Part shown: positions 60,301 through 64,000 of the stretch, in pieces
How the letters are laid out: the number at the start of each line of letters is the position of its first letter
Numbering within the stretch: position 1 is the stretch's first letter
NCBI GenBank assembly: GCA_012295275.1
Contig: CM022673.1
Location: forward strand, 14,694,001-14,758,000
Source: Chrysomallon squamiferum
Lineage: Eukaryota; Animalia; Mollusca
DNA: 64,000 nt
Reading direction: 5' to 3'
Notes under the pieces: generated by a model
Database searches by the model: none
Told to the model about the DNA's origin: nothing
Seen by the model: the letters and a program-made list of their open reading frames with translations, nothing else
Made by a program: the position numbers and the translations under genes

Positions 60301-63300
60301 TGTCTACAGATAAATCCCAAGAACTCTTGACTTGCTGCAAAACTCAACAAAAACACTTGTATTAATGTGTTCATTAACATTAATTACTTTTTATTAATAT
60401 GATTTTAGCATAATAGACTGCAGTGTCTGTAGTATTATTAGTCAGGTTTTTCTCTAACAATAGACAACACTTCATTCTCAGACTTGATGTAGTTCACGTA
60501 TTGATTCATTTTTTTGTATCTTTCATCCCATAAACAGATGTTTTTGTAATATCGTTGTAACAAGTTGGTGCAGAAAGTTGTCTAGTGAGAAGAAGGCTTA
60601 ATGAAAACAGAACTCTAAGAAGATGTTATTAACAGTGAGCCAGTGATGAGTTATTTGTATATGCATTGTATAAAAGTAGCTAATTAAAGAAAACACCAGG
60701 TCTGGGTGCTGGCAAAAAGTGCTAATTAAAATAGGTATTATGTAAAGTTCTTCATGTCAAGGCTGCCACTTCTGAGCCAATTTCCACAGCTGAATGATTC
60801 TTTTAATGGCTGGGATTTTTTTGTTTGTTTTTCATTTTTCCCATCTGGTTTAGAAAACAATTAAAGTAACTAAATATTTTTTAAATGTCAGTGAAATTTT
60901 TTTTTTTTTTTTTTTTTTTCCCCCCCCCCATACAACGGCACTAAACATATGTACATGGAGATTTTAGTGACATTGCTTTTTGTGTCCATTTACCATCAAA
61001 CCATGTAATGTTGATCTACCTGCCAAGTGTGACTGTCAAAAATGAATGAATCACTATTAGATTGTCACATTTTAGTATTGACTGTTGTTACAAATCATAG
61101 GAAACAGCGAATCTTCCATTATTGATCTGGATTAGATTGGAAAGCATCTCAGTGGATGCAGAAAGAAGAATTGATCCAGAGATCTATCACAGCTCATACA
61201 AGTTTGCTGGGTTGTACAGTCTCTAACTAATCCTCAAGTATTAACACAGATAACCCAGCTTGTTAGACTGGACATACAGACATGTTTGAAATGATTGCTG
61301 TGTTGTTACTAATACAGCACTGAATACACTGGGGTTTCACAAGTATCACTACAGTTGTGTGTGAGTACATCAAAGTATCACTAGTTGGGTCTGAGTACTC
61401 AGACATTGTCTATACATAGGTTTCAACCAATCCCCACAGACTGGATCTAGTACATTGATATTTTGTAGCACAAGACTCGGCTTAAACAACAATAAATATG
61501 GTTCAGTGGTCTTAGTGACATGCATGTTGTAACCTCAGTCATTGTAATGAACTGTTCCAGATAAAGTGGAAACCAGTTATTATTGTATATATGGTATAGA
61601 TATCGCTTTTTGCATAAACTATGCAAATGTGACAAATTTCAAAATAATCCATGTATTGAATGTAGTGAATGTTTGTAAATAATAAGAAAAAGAAGGTCTC
61701 ATCTAAAAATGTTTATTTTACAAAAAACAATCACTGCAACTTCATGAGGTGATGAGGGACTTTGTTGGTTCTGTCAGTGAGCTGCTGCTTGAGGTGACTG
61801 ACTCTAATGTAGACTCTGGTAGACTCTTCCTCGATGGTGGTTCAGCTCCAGCATTCAACTGCACCAGCTTTCTGTTTCACATTTCTCTGTCCCCTTGATC
61901 AAGGATGGTCATGACTGTAGCTGTTTCTAACAGCATCTCCAATATGTGGTTTCACTGTTGATGCAATTTTGCCTGTACATATGACCATCTAACAAAACTT
62001 GTCATTTTCCACAATTTGACTGCATAAATTCTACCTTGCCTTTCTTGGAATGGTAAATGTGAATTTTTTTGTTTTTCAAAAACATCTTCTTATATATTCA
62101 AGAAACCATGGAGAATATATAATGGTAAATAAACCATTTTCCATCCCTAATAAAAATTTGTATAAATAGCCATGGAGAAACTATGAAAAACTATGAAAAG
62201 GCCAACTTCACAGGTAATCAGGTATTTCGGTATTTCATGTGTATAATCTTGTGTAGACTGCAGTAAAAATAGCTGTTTATATGTATAAATGTATCTAGAC
62301 TATTTTGATTTATTAGTAGTAAGGACTATTTTGGTATACAGATTACATAAACTGATATATATATATATATGTAATATAAAGACCATAGTATATATAAACT
62401 GGTGCTATTAGACTGTGTATTTTTAATCAATAAGGAAGGAATTTACATCATGTCAGTGAGATGTTATTTTAGCGTTATTAAAAGTCACATGATTTCATTT
62501 CAACTCATAATTGCACCTGCACAACTCTGTTTGTTGATGCACTTCCTGACATCGTCACACATATGGTCATCGCCAATAGCTGTTTACATAGGCATCGTGA
62601 CATCAATCACAACAAACCACAACTACAGAATTACAGCAGCAGTACAAATGGCAAAGTAATTTAACTTATCTCGCCTGGAGGCATCAATTATATTGTGAGA
62701 ACTGACAGGCTGCTGCTGTAATTAACTCACCTCATTAAATCACTGGCACAGGGCCCCCCTCCCCCTTTTGCACCTGATATACACTGTACTTTTTATAAAA
62801 AGAAAAAAAAATTCATTTCCAGCAATAAAGTTATTACTATAAAATTACACTTAAATTTAACTCCATTAATAATGTCTCATCCCTTTCCTTTTTCTGTTTG
62901 TCTGCTGGTTAAGCACACAGTTTATTTTATTTATAAGATTGATTCTCTTGTATTCTGAGGCAATTTTGTTTTTCTGTTGATTAATCTGTCAAGTTACAAT
63001 GCATCTTGCTTCTAACTTGATGTTTCTTCTTAAATTCACCCCCCTCAAATCTCATTTGCAGAAACAGAAGTATAGAAAACACTGAAAAATATTGAACAGG
63101 AATAAAAAAAAAAAAATAACTACAAAGATTTTAAATTCTTATATTAAAATGTGTTGAGCTTAGCAGATACAACTGTCTTTTAAATTTACTTCTAAATATA
63201 ATTTATTATATTTTAATATTTGATACATCTATTTGAGTCAGCAGACTCTCTTTAATCCTAAACTATTTTAGACACTATTAAAATATATTTGATGGTTAGC

Positions 63301-63818
63301 ACACTGCAGACAAGAAAAAGTAATAACATTTAAATAAGATCTGAACTGAAGTCTTAAACCAAACAAGTGTGTGTAAGCTGCATTTGAATGAAAACAAACA
63401 AAAAACTTTCACAAAAATGTAGATATAGATGAAATGTGTATGTTAAACTGACATATTGTGATGGGATTTTGTGTAAAAAGATGTTAAAGTGACACTGAGA
63501 AGAAATGTTTATGTAAAAAGATACATTAAAGTGACACACTGAGAAGAAATGTTTATGTAAAAAGATATGTTTAAGTGACACCCTGAGATGAGATGTTTAT
63601 GTAAAAAGATATGTTAACATGACATATTGAAACATGTAAAAAGATACATTAAAGTGACACACTGAGACGGGATGTTTATGTAAACATTTATGTTAAATTA
63701 TTGTTTACATTTGTTTTGCTTCAGATGCAGAGAGTGACAAAAGACAAGTGTCTGGAGATCATTAACAGCTTTGAACCATCCAAGGAAGGAAGAAGAAAAG
63801 GACAACTAGGAATAGATG
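29466..63818 (+). CDS. PLCL2: Spliced gene (3' end runs off the window): phospholipase C-like protein (PLCL/PRIP family), N-terminus, PH and EF-hand region
   Basis: Exons 29466-29715, 45839-45988, 46706-46924, 47360-47399, 49508-49637, 56930-57042, 57818-57884 and 63725-63818 have consistent phases. Motifs [86 protein letters not shown] and FEPSKEGR...LGIDG are typical of PLCL1/PLCL2; likely a co-orthologue of both. Confidence 0.92.
35030..35235. repeat. Tandem repeat (gtgaaactaaactg...ggtg)
   Basis: About 7 recurrences of gtgaaactaa. Confidence 0.8.
37984..38150 (+). mobile_element. Degenerate SINE copy with tRNA-like A-box head
   Basis: gtagctgagtggttagaatactc (tRNA A-box-like), then tgcatgtaaagaatgtctt...cagctcatgaatggagg...tttcttctct. 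Confidence 0.4.
38165..38620. repeat. Degenerate ~55-60-bp tandem repeat (atacttaacatgtctatttaaataaccacacac)
   Basis: Direct reading. Confidence 0.8.
41955..42480. repeat. ~33-37-bp minisatellite (gactaaatttggtagaagtagtggtagttatatgga)
   Basis: Direct reading. Confidence 0.88.
45160..45567. repeat. ~28-bp minisatellite (tactgaaattacagtgaactagtcatt)
   Basis: Direct reading, about 14 copies. Confidence 0.9.
45839..45988 (+). CDS. PLCL2: PLCL exon 2 (PH domain start)
   Basis: ttttcag|[50 protein letters not shown]|gtgagt, 150 nt, after a 16.1-kb intron. Confidence 0.92.
46706..46924 (+). CDS. PLCL2: PLCL exon 3 (PH domain end)
   Basis: tttcag|[16 protein letters not shown]...CAFSIIFG...[23 protein letters not shown]...|gtaagt, 219 nt. 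Confidence 0.92.
47360..47399 (+). CDS. PLCL2: PLCL exon 4 (followed by a U12 intron)
   Basis: ttatttcag|[15 protein letters not shown]|ATATCCTTT, 40 nt. Confidence 0.82.
47400..49507 (+). other. U12-type (minor spliceosome) intron, AT-AT termini most likely
   Basis: 5' splice site ATATCCTTT at 47400. U12 branch site TTCCTTAAC at 49491-49499. Joining gives MRNS-WLLELF in frame. Confidence 0.85.
49508..49637 (+). CDS. PLCL2: PLCL exon 5 (EF-hand region)
   Basis: [43 protein letters not shown]|gtacgt. Confidence 0.88.
49935..50360. repeat. ~37-bp minisatellite (tcatttgtttctcagcagggttatctagttttcagtgg)
   Basis: Direct reading, about 11 copies. Confidence 0.9.
51330..51875. repeat. Degenerate TG-rich minisatellite (gtgtttgtgtaaagatgtgagatatcagtatgtga)
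   Basis: Direct reading. Confidence 0.8.
53505..53906. repeat. ~28-bp minisatellite (atatacagtgatagaaaatataaata)
   Basis: Direct reading; explains the ORF at 53391-53918. Confidence 0.9.
54798..55120. mobile_element. MITE/foldback-like remnant with imperfect inverted ends
   Basis: gagaaataggacagttact (54841) pairs with agcaattgtcctatttctc (55072). gtgtaggacaactcctcac (54798) pairs loosely with gtgagcatttgtccatttacac (55099). Confidence 0.4.
56930..57042 (+). CDS. PLCL2: PLCL exon 6
   Basis: tttgtag|[37 protein letters not shown]|gtaagc, 113 nt. Confidence 0.92.
57282..57363. repeat. (AG)n microsatellite
   Basis: Direct reading. Confidence 0.95.
57818..57884 (+). CDS. PLCL2: PLCL exon 7
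   Basis: cttgcag|[23 protein letters not shown]|gtaaga, 67 nt. Confidence 0.92.
58444..58686. repeat. (GAT/AAT/AAC)n low-complexity region
   Basis: Direct reading. Confidence 0.85.
61745..62040 (-). mobile_element. Decayed, internally deleted Mutator-like (MULE/FLYWCH) transposon remnant
   Basis: Minus-strand translation [36 protein letters not shown] ... SHDHP resembles a FLYWCH zinc finger. It is followed by [15 protein letters not shown]...RVSHLKQQL...HLMKLQ*, resembling a MULE transposase C-terminal tail. Contains stops and frameshifts. Confidence 0.6.
63470..63685. repeat. ~45-bp tandem repeat (atgtttatgtaaaaagatacattaaagtgacacactgag)
   Basis: Direct reading, about 5 copies just upstream of PLCL exon 8. 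Confidence 0.85.
63725..63818 (+). CDS. PLCL2: PLCL exon 8
   Basis: ctttcag|[32 protein letters not shown]|gtttgt, 94 nt. Confidence 0.92.
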
Positions 63819-64000
63819 GTTTGTTTTTATTTTATTTCTACTTTTATTACAATCATTAGTGTTTTCACTTGCTGTTGTTGTTGTAGTAGTAGTAGTAATA
63901 TTGGTAGTGAACATAATAATAGTAGTAGGAGTTGTAGTAATATAGTAAAAGTAGTAGTTACAACAGCAGTACTAGTAATAACTGTAGTTGTAGTAGTAAA

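Overview
AT-rich, intron-rich animal genomic DNA, not prokaryotic. Gene families, microsatellites and decayed SINE-like repeats suggest a mollusc, possibly a gastropod (inference). Almost all ORFs in the supplied track are microsatellite or AT-rich artefacts. Three spliced genes were rebuilt by hand. (1) Minus strand, 9237 to beyond position 1: a secreted or membrane-anchored alpha/beta-hydrolase-fold protein with 7 exons visible; the nucleophile elbow reads GHGTSG instead of GHSxGG, so it is a probable pseudoenzyme. (2) Minus strand, 27282-17999: a 15-exon USP44/USP49-type deubiquitinase (ZnF-UBP plus Cys/His/Asp triad); all phases are consistent except one frame anomaly at the start of the Cys-box exon. 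(3) Plus strand, 29466 to beyond 64000: the first 8 exons of a PLCL/PRIP gene (RVxF PP1 motif, PH domain, EF-hand region), head-to-head with the USP gene. Most notable observations: a U12 minor-spliceosome intron in PLCL with probable AT-AT termini; a USP intron made almost entirely of a minisatellite copied from its own exon/donor junction, giving a tandem array of potential in-frame 18-nt microexons; the USP frame anomaly; a duplicated exon fragment with a dead acceptor; and a decayed FLYWCH/MULE transposon remnant. No rRNA, tRNA or CRISPR array was seen, and I found no evidence of a wholly new multi-gene system.
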